Assembly: GCA_965227515.1 (NCBI GenBank)
Contig: CBDDFZ010000001.1
Span: 2,720,001 to 2,784,000 of the forward strand
Length of the DNA: 64,000 nt
DNA from: Alphaproteobacteria bacterium
Lineage (GTDB): Bacteria > Pseudomonadota > Alphaproteobacteria > CALKHQ01
Reading direction: 5' to 3'
The notes beneath the pieces are model-generated. The model had not been told where the DNA came from. It saw only the letters and a program-made list of their open reading frames with translations, and did not search any database. This document shows, piece by piece, positions 46,033 to 55,949 of this stretch (positions are counted from its first letter, which is position 1; each line of letters opens with the position of its first letter). The translations under genes were made by a program, and so were the position numbers.

Positions 46033-46650
46033 CTACTGCTCGATAAATGAAAGGATGGGGCGCCATTCCTCGACATAGTCGCGGGTGCGGCTGCCGCCGA
46101 TTTCGCACAGGCCGAGGCCCTGGGTCGCGGCCGTGGTGTAGAGCTGGGTCTCGCGCAGGGTCGCGACCGTGGGGAAGGGCAGGGCGTCCAGGAACGCGTT
46201 CAGACGGGTCAGCGCGCTGGTGCGCAAGCGCACCCGGTTGGCGATCAGGCCGACCTGGCGGCGCTGCTTGCGGATCGGCTTGGTGTCGGCGATCTGCTTC
46301 AGGAAGCGGCGGGTGCCGTCCTCGTCGAAAATCGACGGCAGCACCGGGATCAGGATCACGTCGCTGTCGTCCACCAGGTCGCGGCTCAGGCTCTTGCGCA
46401 TCGCCGCCACGCCATCGATCACGACAATGTCGGATTTCTTTGGCAGCTTGTCGCCCGCGTCCAAATCGACCGCGCGGATTGGCGGGGCGGTTTTCGGCCG
46501 CCGGCGCAACCAGGTCAGCGCGCCCTGCTGCTTGTCCAGATCGGCAAGCGCGGTGGCGTGGCCCTTGCCGGCCAGAAGGGCCGCCAGGTTGGTTGCGACG
46601 GTGGTCTTGCCGCTGCCGCCCTTGACGTTGGCGATGCTGATGACGCGCAT
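46033..46650 (-). CDS. Orphan ParA-family ATPase
   Basis: Deviant Walker A KGGSGKTT, DLD.Q, VVID, PS..D. Confidence 0.88.
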   Translation of the reverse strand: MRVISIANVKGGSGKTTVATNLAALLAGKGHATALADLDKQQGALTWLRRRPKTAPPIRAVDLDAGDKLPKKSDIVVIDGVAAMRKSLSRDLVDDSDVILIPVLPSIFDEDGTRRFLKQIADTKPIRKQRRQVGLIANRVRLRTSALTRLNAFLDALPFPTVATLRETQLYTTAATQGLGLCEIGGSRTRDYVEEWRPILSFIEQ

Positions 46651-46804
46651 GGGGCGAACTTACGCGGCGTGCCCCGAGGTTGCCAAGCGCGATTGCCGGG
46701 CGCGATCGCCCTTCCTGACGGTCGGCGCGATTGCCTTCGGCGGTTGCCGGTGCGAAGGTGCCGCGCCGCGGTGAAGTGACCAGCGAAACTACAGGGTTGA
46801 ACCG

Positions 46805-47659
46805 ATGACCAAACCGATTGGAAACAAAGGCTGGATTGCGGCATTGGGCATGGCGGCGGCACTGCCGATGGCCGGCCCGGGCTCGGCCAGCGCACAAGAC
46901 GTGCTGCCGGTGATCGGCTTGCAAAACTTGGACACGATGGCGGTCGACTGGGCGTTCCAGTGCCTGATGGGCGGCGTGCAGAACGGCCAGTTCATTGACG
47001 CCGATACGGCGGCACCGCAATTGCGCGGCGGCGAGGTGGTGCGCTGGCTGACATTGGAGGGCCAGCAGGGACGGGCGCAAAGCCAGCTTCCGTACTCGCC
47101 CGACGACGTTTGCGACTGGATGCACATCACGGACGCGGCGCCAATCCCGCAGGGCCCGATCACGGCGGTGGGCGTGGGCGGCAATTGGGACGCGATGCCG
47201 GGTATCGTGCTGAACAGCCCGGAGAGCGTGACCTATCGCACCGCGACCGCCCAGGCGATGCGCGAGCTTGGCTTCAACGTGCCGGATCAGGTGCGGCTGA
47301 CCCAGGTGATCCGGGTCGATATCGATGGCGACGGCACGGATGAGGTGCTAGTCACGGCCTCCAACCGCGACCTGCGCAACCAGACCCGCGTGCAGGCCGG
47401 CGATCATTCGATGATCTTGCTGCGCCGGGTGGTGAACGGCGAGGTGATTACCACCGTGATCGATGGCGAGTACCACGAAGTTGAGCGCGAATTCGCAGCA
47501 CCGCTGGAGTTCATGGTGCATGCGGTGGCCGACCTGAACGGTGACGGCGATATGGAGGTCGTGCTGTCGGTCGACTACTACGAGGGGATGGCGATCGAGG
47601 TCCACGACGTCATCAACGGCCAGTCCGAGATCGTCATGGGCTGCGGTTGCGGCGTCTGA
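46805..47659 (+). CDS. Secreted hypothetical protein with DxDGDG Ca-binding loops
   Basis: Signal peptide (ASA/QD), DIDGDGTDE, DLNGDGDME, ends GCGCGV. Confidence 0.72.
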   Translation: MTKPIGNKGWIAALGMAAALPMAGPGSASAQDVLPVIGLQNLDTMAVDWAFQCLMGGVQNGQFIDADTAAPQLRGGEVVRWLTLEGQQGRAQSQLPYSPDDVCDWMHITDAAPIPQGPITAVGVGGNWDAMPGIVLNSPESVTYRTATAQAMRELGFNVPDQVRLTQVIRVDIDGDGTDEVLVTASNRDLRNQTRVQAGDHSMILLRRVVNGEVITTVIDGEYHEVEREFAAPLEFMVHAVADLNGDGDMEVVLSVDYYEGMAIEVHDVINGQSEIVMGCGCGV

Positions 47660-47687
47660 CGCCGACGAGCGGGGCCGCGCGGGCGCG

Positions 47688-48440
47688 ATGGAGCCGCTGA
47701 GCGACCTGATCCCGATCGGGTGGCCGATCCTGGTCGGCGCATTCTGCGCCACCGCGCTCGGTGCCATGATCCAGTCGATCGCCGGTTTCGGGCTCGGCCT
47801 GTTGGCCGGGCCGACGCTGGCGGCGCTGGATCCGGCGCTGGTGCCGGCACCGGTGCTAATCGTCACCTTCGCGCTCGGCTGCATCATCGTGGTGCGCGAC
47901 TGGGGGCGCATCGCGTGGCAGGAGGTTGGGCTACTGACCGGCGGACGGTGGCTGGGCGCGCTGCCGGCGGCGGCCCTGGTCGCCTATGTCAACCTGACCC
48001 TGTTCTACATCATCTTCGGCATCATGGTTCTGGTCGGCGTGGCGCTCAGCCTGGCCGGCAGGACGGCGCGCTTCACCAACCGCAATTTGCTGCTGGCCGG
48101 CGTCGGTTCCGGTGTCATGGGGACATTCGCGTCCATCGGCGCGCCGCCGATCCTGATGGTCTACCAGCAAAGCCGCACCGAGCAGGCGCGCGGCACGCTG
48201 GCCGTGGTGTTCGGCATCGGCGGCCTGTTGTCGGTGCTGGCGCTGACAATCTTCGGCGAGGTCGGGGCGGCGGACCTGGTGCTGGCCGCAATCCTGTTGC
48301 CGGCGGTCGTCGTCGGCTTCGCGCTGGCCCGGCCGGTGGGGCGCATGCTGGCGGCCAGCAGCCTGCGGTGGTTCGCCATCGGCGCATCGACGCTGGCCGC
48401 GTTCTACCTGATCGGCCGCGGTCTCATGCAATTATTGTAG
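47688..48440 (+). CDS. TauE/SafE (TSUP) family exporter
   Basis: 'Q...GFG.GL...P', 'G..SG.MGT..SIG.PP'; highly hydrophobic. Confidence 0.85.
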   Translation: MEPLSDLIPIGWPILVGAFCATALGAMIQSIAGFGLGLLAGPTLAALDPALVPAPVLIVTFALGCIIVVRDWGRIAWQEVGLLTGGRWLGALPAAALVAYVNLTLFYIIFGIMVLVGVALSLAGRTARFTNRNLLLAGVGSGVMGTFASIGAPPILMVYQQSRTEQARGTLAVVFGIGGLLSVLALTIFGEVGAADLVLAAILLPAVVVGFALARPVGRMLAASSLRWFAIGASTLAAFYLIGRGLMQLL

Positions 48441-48444
48441 CAAG

Positions 48445-49059
48445 TCAGGTGTTCCGGTAACGGACCAGAGACCCGGTGCCGCTGGGCGCGTTGTCGTCCA
48501 GCTCGCCGCATACGGTCACCATGAACCGCACGACGTTGCCGTCCGCGCTGTCCACCAAAGGCACGATCAGCTTGTGCCAGGTGCTGATGCGGGGGTCGTC
48601 GGCCGGGTCGTGGCGGGCATAAAGCGGGGCCCGGGCCGCCAATGCCGATTGGTAGCACTGGTTCAGGAACGCGGCGGCCGAGCGGTCCAGCGTCGAAAGC
48701 CGCCGGCCGGTCAGATCCTCGTCGTAGTGCCAGACCAGTTCGCTCGGATACAGCCGATAGATGAAGTCGTGCCCGTCGTTGACGACGTCGACCAGCATCA
48801 CCCAGCCGAGCAATGGGCCAAGTGCGGTGGGGTCGAGCTGATCGACGGTGGGGCAGTCGGCATCGCCGCGGATCTCGGCCCAATGCTCCAGCGCGAACCG
48901 CAGGCGCTTGACCGGCAGGTCGCTGGCTTTCGGGTTCAGGATGAAGACCGGTGGCGTCTGGCCGCGCTTGCGGCTGCCGGTGGTGCGGCCGCGCGGAATC
49001 TTGGAAGTGCCGGGCTTGCCCAGGGCCGAAGCGATATAGGTCACGTTGCTGCGCGGCAT
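48445..49059 (-). CDS. PAS-domain (PAS_5-like) protein
   Basis: 'W...RG....P....LDP..L..LLG.VMLVDV......F.YRL......D.TGR'. Confidence 0.72.
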   Translation of the reverse strand: MPRSNVTYIASALGKPGTSKIPRGRTTGSRKRGQTPPVFILNPKASDLPVKRLRFALEHWAEIRGDADCPTVDQLDPTALGPLLGWVMLVDVVNDGHDFIYRLYPSELVWHYDEDLTGRRLSTLDRSAAAFLNQCYQSALAARAPLYARHDPADDPRISTWHKLIVPLVDSADGNVVRFMVTVCGELDDNAPSGTGSLVRYRNT

Positions 49060-49392
49060 GAGTCAACCTGAGCGCGAATGTGAACGCACAAATTCGATTA
49101 CTTGCTTGCGCAAATAATTCGGGTCGGAATGGCTTTGGCAAATTCGCCGAAACGGCGTCTTGTCACCCCTCAGTGAGGGACAGTAGCCGGACACCGGTCC
49201 GGAGGCAAGCCGTAGGCGAGTCTTCGCTCCGCGATGAATGCTGCCAGTTGAAAAATGCATATTTCCGCTCGGTTCTCTTACCTGAAGGCCGCCGCCGCCT
49301 GCTTGATGACAACCGCCATCAAACATGCAGCAATGCGGCAGCACAAAGACATAGGTTGGTCCAAAGTGTGGGGTTGGTCCAAGGTGTGGCGC

Positions 49393-50172
49393 ATGCGCTA
49401 TGGCGACTATCTGAAGCTGGACGGGTTGCTGGGCTGCCAGCAGCCGGTCAGCGACCAGCACGACGAGATGCTGTTCATCGTCATCCATCAGGCAACCGAG
49501 CTGTGGATGAAGGCTGGGCTGCACGAACTGGATGGGGCGATTGCCACGATCCAGGGCGACGACCTGTCCAGGGCGTTCAAGATGCTGTCGCGGTTCTCGC
49601 GCATCCAGTCGCAGCTCATTCAGTCGTGGGACGTGCTGTCGACCCTGACACCGGCCGACTATCTGACGTTTCGCGGCAAGCTGGGCAGCGCCTCGGGCCT
49701 GCAGTCGCTGCAATACCGGCTGATAGAATGCCGCCTGGGCGCGCGCAGCCCGGGCCTGGTCGACCGCCACGCCGACGACCCCGATGCGGCGGAGGCGTTG
49801 CGCGCGGCCTTGGCGGTGCCCAGCATCTACGACGTTTCGGTGACCAAACTCGCGCAGCGCGGGTTCGCCATCGCGCCAGCCTGCCTGGAGCGCGACCTGG
49901 CGCAGCCGCACGCGCTTGACGGGACAGTGGTCGACGCCTGGATGGCGGTCTATCGCGATCCCGAGCAGTACTGGGACCTTTACGAGTTGGCGGAGAAGCT
50001 GGTGGACGTGGCGGACTGGTTCCAGCAATGGCGATTCCGGCACCTGACCACGGTCGCCCGCATAATCGGCGACAAGTCCGGCACCGGCGGCACCTCTGGC
50101 GTGGCCTATCTGCGCCGTGCCCTGGACCACCGGTTTTTCCCGGAGCTGTGGGAGGTGCGGACCCGCCTGTAG
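49393..50172 (+). CDS. kynA: Tryptophan 2,3-dioxygenase (start uncertain)
   Basis: YGDYL.LD.LL..Q, HDEMLFI.IHQ.TELW, ASG.QS.QYR, WRFRH..TV.RIIG.K.GTGG.SG..YL, FFPELW. Confidence 0.93.
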   Translation: MRYGDYLKLDGLLGCQQPVSDQHDEMLFIVIHQATELWMKAGLHELDGAIATIQGDDLSRAFKMLSRFSRIQSQLIQSWDVLSTLTPADYLTFRGKLGSASGLQSLQYRLIECRLGARSPGLVDRHADDPDAAEALRAALAVPSIYDVSVTKLAQRGFAIAPACLERDLAQPHALDGTVVDAWMAVYRDPEQYWDLYELAEKLVDVADWFQQWRFRHLTTVARIIGDKSGTGGTSGVAYLRRALDHRFFPELWEVRTRL

Positions 50173-50307
50173 CGGCGCCGACGCGCGGTTCCGTCGGCAG
50201 GTTTCGTGCTTCGTTAACCGTGTTCTGTGATACCGGAGCGTGCGCAAGATGGCGTGGATTGCCGGCCCCGCGCCGGCCCGGCACGTCCCAACGACCGAGG
50301 ATCAGCA

Positions 50308-51186
50308 GTGTCAGTGACGGAACGGAGCTCGACCATCGACGAGGCCTGCCGTTTGCTCGGCGTGTCGCCGCACGCCAAGCCCGATGAGATCCGTGCCGCC
50401 TACCGCGCCGCCGCCAAGCGCTGCCATCCGGACCTGTTCGCCGGCGATGCGGAAAAAGAGAAGCAGTTCAAGGAGCTGACGGCAGCCTATGCGACCCTGG
50501 TCGATCCGGACCGCACGGCGCCGCGCCCTGGGTCCGCACGACCGGGCCCCGCGCGGCCGGGCCACCACCCGGGTGGGGCGCGACCCCCAGGCGCTCGGCA
50601 CGGGGCGCCGCGGCCGGCACCGAAACAGAAGGACGGCAAGCGGCGCGGCTTCCTGGCCATCGACGGGGCCAATGCCGCCTATGACGTCGAGGTCCCGATC
50701 GCATCGGTGCCGGCGGGCTGTTCCAAGACGATCACCACGACCGACGGCCGCGCGTTGAAGGTGACGGTGCCCGCCGGGATTGCCGACGGTCAGGTGCTGC
50801 GCCTGCGCGGCCAGGGCCTGCCCGGCAAGTTCGGCGGGGCCGCCGGCGATGCACTCATTTCGGTCACAATCGTCAACGATGGTCGTTTCCGCCGCGACGG
50901 GCTCGACGTCCATGCCGACATGAACGTGACGCTCGGCGAGGCGGTGCTTGGCGGTACGGCGACGCTGGTCACGCCGGCCGGGCGGGTCAACGTGTCGGTG
51001 CCATCGGGCAGCAACACCGGGGCCACGCTGCGGCTTCGCGGCAAGGGCTTGCGCGATGTGTCGGGCACCGAGGGCGATTTGTTGGTCCGCCTGCTGGTGA
51101 CGCTGCCGAAGCAGCACGACGCGGCGTTGCGACAATTCGTCGAGCATTGGGCGGCGGCGCATCCATACGATGTGCGTGGCGGGTAG
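50308..51186 (+). CDS. DnaJ/CbpA-like co-chaperone without zinc finger
   Basis: J-domain HPD; C-terminal 'VPAG..DGQ.LRL.GQG', 'LRLRGKG'. Confidence 0.88.
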   Translation: MSVTERSSTIDEACRLLGVSPHAKPDEIRAAYRAAAKRCHPDLFAGDAEKEKQFKELTAAYATLVDPDRTAPRPGSARPGPARPGHHPGGARPPGARHGAPRPAPKQKDGKRRGFLAIDGANAAYDVEVPIASVPAGCSKTITTTDGRALKVTVPAGIADGQVLRLRGQGLPGKFGGAAGDALISVTIVNDGRFRRDGLDVHADMNVTLGEAVLGGTATLVTPAGRVNVSVPSGSNTGATLRLRGKGLRDVSGTEGDLLVRLLVTLPKQHDAALRQFVEHWAAAHPYDVRGG

Positions 51187-51274
51187 GAGCATGTAGACTT
51201 GCGTTTGAGCGGTCTATGAATTGCGGACGGCGCGGCGGAACAGCCGGCGCAAATCGAGCTTCGGGAGATCGAGT

Positions 51275-51772
51275 ATGAAATCGATGCAACCCTTCACCTT
51301 GGCAGTCGGCGCGGCTGTGATGGCTGCGGGCCTGCTGGCCGCGACCGGCGCTGGCGCCGTGATGTCGGGTGGCGACGGCCCTGGGCCCGACCCCAGCATG
51401 TCGGCGTCGAACCAGGCGCTATTCGCGGAAGGTGCCGATGCGATTTCCGCCGGCAACTACGCCGCGGCGCTGGCGCCCTTGGGCGAGTTGCAGACCGCCG
51501 ATCCGCGCAATGCGGACGTGCTGAACATGCTGGGCTATGCCACCCGCCAGCTCGGCCAGTACCAGGAGTCCCTGGAGTACTACCGCCAGGCGCTTTCCAT
51601 AGATCCGGAGCATCTGGGCGCCAACGAGTACCTGGGCGAGCTCTATCTGGCGCTGGGCAACCTGGCCGCCGCGCAGGAGCGCTTGGCGGTGCTGGACGAG
51701 GTCTGCCTGCTCGGCTGCGACGAGTATGACGCGCTGGCCGCGGCCATCGACGCGTTCATGGTGGCTGAATAG
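51275..51772 (+). CDS. Exported TPR protein
   Basis: Signal peptide; 'NADV.N.LGYA.R.LG', 'H.GA.EYLGELYL', CxxxC near the end. Confidence 0.85.
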   Translation: MKSMQPFTLAVGAAVMAAGLLAATGAGAVMSGGDGPGPDPSMSASNQALFAEGADAISAGNYAAALAPLGELQTADPRNADVLNMLGYATRQLGQYQESLEYYRQALSIDPEHLGANEYLGELYLALGNLAAAQERLAVLDEVCLLGCDEYDALAAAIDAFMVAE

Positions 51773-51872
51773 TTGACTAGCTCGTCGCGCGTTTAACCTG
51801 CAACGTGCTCAGGCCCGATCATTGAGCGGGTCGGCCCCGACCGCAAGTCGCCGAGAATCTGCAAATCCCCCA

Positions 51873-52008
51873 TTGTCATCCTTGGCCGAGGCCAAGCGAA
51901 GCGATGGGCGAGTGCCGAGGATCCATCCCGCCGTTCGCGCGATGCGGACCATGGATCCTCGACGCGGCGCGCGGAACAAGTTCCAGGCGCGCCGGTCAAG
52001 GATGACAA
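51873..52008. repeat. Palindromic intergenic element (GTCATCC...GGATGAC type)
   Basis: TTGTCATCCTTG.../...CAAGGATGACAA termini; internal GAGGATCCAT/ATGGATCCTC; between convergent genes. Confidence 0.75.
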
Positions 52009-52074
52009 AGGAGTTTGTTACGGGGCAAAGGCGCCTACGTACTGATGCGGATACAGAATCCGGCGCCCGGTACT

Positions 52075-53742
52075 CTAGCTAATTTCTTCCGGCAGTTCGG
52101 CCGCGTTGGGCACCAGGGTCACCACCATCCGCTCGACCCGGCCGCGCACATCCACGGTCTCCATGCGATAACGGCTGACGTCGAGACCGGCGCGGTCGGC
52201 GACGCTTTGCGCCAGGATCAGTTCGACCTTCTGCTCCTTGGTCATCGCCTCCAGCCGGCTGGCGGTGTTGACGGTGTCGCCGATGGCGGTCAGCCCGGTG
52301 GCCGAAGCATGGCCCATCTCGCCGACGATGGTCGGGCCGAAATTGATGCCGATGCCGATGCGCATCGGGCTGTCGAGTTCGCCGGTCAGCGCCTGGTTGA
52401 GGGCATCCAGGTGTAGCGACATGCGCCGCGCGGCGTCGATGGCGCGCCGGCACGCCTCGGCCGGGTCCGAATCGATGCCGAAGATCGCCATCACCCCGTC
52501 GCCGATGAACTTGTCCAGGTGGCCGCCGGCATCCTCGACCGCCGTGCCCATGGCGCGGAAATACCGGTTGAGGATGAACACCAGGTCGAACGGCAACTGG
52601 CCCTCCGACAGGGCGGTGAAGCCGCGCATGTCGGCGAACAACACTGCGACTTCCTGCTCCTGACCGCTGCGGCTGGCGGCGGCTGCGCGACCGGCGGCGG
52701 CGGTGGCGGTCGGTGGCAACAGCGGCACGATGGTCACATCGCTGGTCGGATGGGTCTGGCAGGCCAGCCGCACGTTGGGCGGCGCGCCGACCCGGTTCAG
52801 CACCCGCTGCTCGGCCTCGCTGGTCGGCGGCAGGTCCTCCAACCCTTCGCTGACACGCACGCGGCAGGTGGAACACCGCCCACGCCCACCGCAAACGGAG
52901 GCGTGGGGCACATCGTTGGCGCGGCTGACGTCCAGGATGCTGGCACCGATCGGCGCCACGCAGGACTGGCCGCCGGCATACTGCACCCGGAACCGCCGGT
53001 GGCGCCGGCGGACCACCACCAGCACCAGCCTGGCGGCGATCGTCGCGGCCAGCACGATGCCAAGGCCGATGAAGATGTAGTCGCGCAGCGACAGCAGGAA
53101 CGCGATCTGGTCGTCGTTCAGCCAGTCGATCCGGCCGAAAAGGCGTTCGCGGGCGGCCTCGTCCTCGACAATGACCGCCAGCTCCCGGCCCATGGTGGCG
53201 AAGCCGAACAGGGACGCCACCGGAATGAGCAGCGCCGCGCCCAACAGGTATGGCATGGCGGTGGCGTACCACGGCTTCAGCCGCAGCCAGGCGTGCAGCC
53301 CGATGCAGCCATGCCCCCACGCGGCGAACAGGGCACCGACCTGCATCAACCCGCTGACCGGGTCGTACACCCACAGCAGCAGCACGATGTAGACGTAGTT
53401 GATGTCCTGGTCGAAGATCTGCTGCGCGGCGCGGGTGCCGATCACGTGCTCCAGCACCAGGGCCGGGATGGCGAGGCCGAGCAGCAACTGCGCCGCCTCG
53501 CTTGGGCGGATATGCCGAAACCGCCGCCGGCTGATGATGGCCCAGGCGGCCAGCGCCATGTGCACCAGGAAGCTGCCGTAGAGCGCGACCTGGAGCAGGA
53601 AGAACTCCCAGAACTCGTGGAAGACCTCCTCAACCGCCAGGGCGGCGCGCAGCGAATAGACGCCGACCGCGTGGTTCAGCAGGTGCGTCACCACAAAAAA
53701 CATCAGGATGAGGCCGGTAACCAGCCTGACCTTGCGCACCAT
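52075..53742 (-). CDS. Membrane class III cyclase with His-rich (putative heme-b) anchor and 2Fe-2S domain
   Basis: TM His residues (THLLNH, WGHGCIGLH); CGGRGRCSTC...RLAC; FADMRGFT, DKFIGDG, TAIGDTVNTASRLE. Confidence 0.9.
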   Translation of the reverse strand: MVRKVRLVTGLILMFFVVTHLLNHAVGVYSLRAALAVEEVFHEFWEFFLLQVALYGSFLVHMALAAWAIISRRRFRHIRPSEAAQLLLGLAIPALVLEHVIGTRAAQQIFDQDINYVYIVLLLWVYDPVSGLMQVGALFAAWGHGCIGLHAWLRLKPWYATAMPYLLGAALLIPVASLFGFATMGRELAVIVEDEAARERLFGRIDWLNDDQIAFLLSLRDYIFIGLGIVLAATIAARLVLVVVRRRHRRFRVQYAGGQSCVAPIGASILDVSRANDVPHASVCGGRGRCSTCRVRVSEGLEDLPPTSEAEQRVLNRVGAPPNVRLACQTHPTSDVTIVPLLPPTATAAAGRAAAASRSGQEQEVAVLFADMRGFTALSEGQLPFDLVFILNRYFRAMGTAVEDAGGHLDKFIGDGVMAIFGIDSDPAEACRRAIDAARRMSLHLDALNQALTGELDSPMRIGIGINFGPTIVGEMGHASATGLTAIGDTVNTASRLEAMTKEQKVELILAQSVADRAGLDVSRYRMETVDVRGRVERMVVTLVPNAAELPEEIS

Positions 53743-53977
53743 GGACGGTGTCGCTCCGTTCGTTTCTTGTTGGCCGGCAGGCCGTTAAGGGCGGGAGGCT
53801 GCCAAGCGAATGCGGCACAGTGTGCCGTGACAGGCGAATAGGCAATACCGGCGCACTGATATCCGTGTGATATCGGTCATTGCGCGATTGATTGTTTGTT
53901 GACACCGGCAACCTCGCCACGCAGCACTACGCCCCACGGGCGCGGTCGGCGCGGGCGCGGCAATTCGGAGACACAGT

Positions 53978-54793
53978 GTGGTCCTAGTCTGGCTGGTGCT
54001 GGCGGTGGTCGTGGCCTACGCCGGCGTCGTGGCGTTCATGTACTTCCGCCAGCGCCATCTGCTTTTTCACCCGAACGCGTCGCGGCCGGATCCGGAGGCA
54101 CTTGGCATCGGCGAACTGGGCGAGATCGCGCTGCACACGGCCGATGGCCTGACGCTGCGCGCCTGGTATGCGCCGCCATCAATGCCCGATGGCCCAGTGC
54201 TGGCGTTCTTTCACGGCAACGCGGGCTCGCTGGACGACCGGCCGCACAAGCTGCGCATCCTGCTGGATATGGGGCTGGGCCTGATGTTCGTGGCCTGGCG
54301 CGGCTACAGCGACAATCCAGGCAGTCCGACGGAGGAAGGGCTCTACACCGATGCCCGGGCGGCCCTGCACTGGCTGGGCGACCAGGGCATCACGCCGGCG
54401 CAGACGATCTTCTACGGCGAATCGCTGGGCACCGCGGTCGCGGTGCGGATGGCGACCGAGATGAACCCGGCTGCCCTGGTGCTCGAGGCGCCGCCAAGTT
54501 CAATCTCGGACGCCGCGCGCTTCCACTATCCCTGGCTGCCGATCCAAGGCCTGATCAAGGACCGGTTCGACAGCCAGGCGATCATCGCTCAGGTCACCGC
54601 CCCGATCCTGATCATGCACGGGCACATGGACAAGGTCGTGCCGCTGCGGCTGGGCGAGAAGCTGCACGCCGCCGCCCCGTCGGGCGCGCATTTCTGGACC
54701 TCCGAGACGGCCGTGCACATGGACCTTTACGAGCATGGCGCGGGGCCGGTGGTGGAGCGCTTCCTGCGCGACAACGGCGTTATCGCCGCCTAG
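53978..54793 (+). CDS. Alpha/beta hydrolase
   Basis: FHGNAG, RGY, GESLG nucleophile, HG..D.VVP, H. Confidence 0.9.
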   Translation: MVLVWLVLAVVVAYAGVVAFMYFRQRHLLFHPNASRPDPEALGIGELGEIALHTADGLTLRAWYAPPSMPDGPVLAFFHGNAGSLDDRPHKLRILLDMGLGLMFVAWRGYSDNPGSPTEEGLYTDARAALHWLGDQGITPAQTIFYGESLGTAVAVRMATEMNPAALVLEAPPSSISDAARFHYPWLPIQGLIKDRFDSQAIIAQVTAPILIMHGHMDKVVPLRLGEKLHAAAPSGAHFWTSETAVHMDLYEHGAGPVVERFLRDNGVIAA

Positions 54794-54917
54794 AGCATGA
54801 TCACTTAAGTCGGCACCGGCCCTCTCCCCCACCCGGCCACCCACGAGAGTATCCTGCTGGGCGGCCGGGTGGGGGAGAGGGCTGGCGCAGATTCAGCGTA
54901 AGCTGATCCCGATCTAG
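54790..54917. repeat. CTAG-bounded MITE-like palindromic element
   Basis: CTAGAGCATGATC...GATCCCGATCTAG ends; internal 23-bp stem CCGGCCCTCTCCCCCACCCGGCC / GGCCGGGTGGGGGAGAGGGCTGG. Confidence 0.72.
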
Positions 54918-54923
54918 TTACCC

Positions 54924-55622
54924 TCAGCCACCGGGAATTTCGGTCGTCGGATCGCAGAACTCACTTGCCGGGTCGGCAAGGCACTGCCGGACCGCACCGA
55001 CATAGGCGCGCAGATAGTCGTTGGCCGCCGTGTCGCCGGACGCTTCCAGTTCGTCGAGCATCGCCGCCGCATCCCCGTCGTGGCCGGCGTGGATCAGCGC
55101 GAAGGCGGTCAGCGCCGTGTAGAACGGCCGGCTTTCCGGGTCCGCTCCGGGCAGGGCGTCCGGGGCCTCGCTGGCCATCAGTTCCAGGTAGGCGGTGTCT
55201 GCCAGCGTGTGGCCGGGATCGCGCGCCAGGCCACGCGCCAGCAGGTTGAAGCGCAGCCAGGCATCGTCGGTGCCGAGGTAATCCTCCGCATACCACGCCA
55301 CGTAGTAGGGCGACTGGGCGCTGACCGCCGCGTAGGCGTCGGAAGCGACCAGGTCGCGCAGCCGCGCGACTTCATCGTCGGTGAAGTCGCGATAGACCGG
55401 AAACCCGCTGCCCGGGCATTGCGGCATGTGGGTGACGAAGTCGCAACTGGTCACCGGCGCCAGCGCCATGGTGTAGCCGAAGTAGCTGCAGCTCGCCGTG
55501 CCCGTGACCTCGAAGATCAGCCCGTCGATCGGGCAGGTCACGTGTTCCGGCACCGGTATGCCGGCCGAAGCCGGCGCGCTCAGCAACAGGCAAAATCCGA
55601 GACAGGTTATACTTGGCCGCAT
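54924..55622 (-). CDS. Secreted Cys-rich hypothetical protein
   Basis: Signal peptide (ASA/G), CPIDG...C...C...CP; AAGGA RBS. Confidence 0.72.
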   Translation of the reverse strand: MRPSITCLGFCLLLSAPASAGIPVPEHVTCPIDGLIFEVTGTASCSYFGYTMALAPVTSCDFVTHMPQCPGSGFPVYRDFTDDEVARLRDLVASDAYAAVSAQSPYYVAWYAEDYLGTDDAWLRFNLLARGLARDPGHTLADTAYLELMASEAPDALPGADPESRPFYTALTAFALIHAGHDGDAAAMLDELEASGDTAANDYLRAYVGAVRQCLADPASEFCDPTTEIPGG

Positions 55623-55949
55623 CGTTCCGTCCTTTGTGGTCGTCTGGCCGAAACCAGTGTTCGGCCGTGCCCGCGTGTCGTCTGTCCCTTGAAACGATGC
55701 TCGAATGCCAACGCGGCGGAATGATGGCGGCGTCCCACTGTCGTGTTTTGTTGGGCAAATGCCCGCAACGGCTTGACATGATCGAAATCGGCGACCTACC
55801 GTCATGGTGTCGCCGCGCACCGACGCGGCGTGCTCCAACCAAGGCAACGCCCATCAAGTGCACGCCCGTGCACGCGAGGGCGGGCCGCCAACCAAGAAAC
55901 GCGGTTGGGGCAATCGACATCGGGCAAACCCGATTTGGGAGGAGACCAG

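Noticed and set aside
46033-46650. parA as a sign of a plasmid partition locus
   Set aside because: No parB or rep nearby; chromosomal housekeeping context
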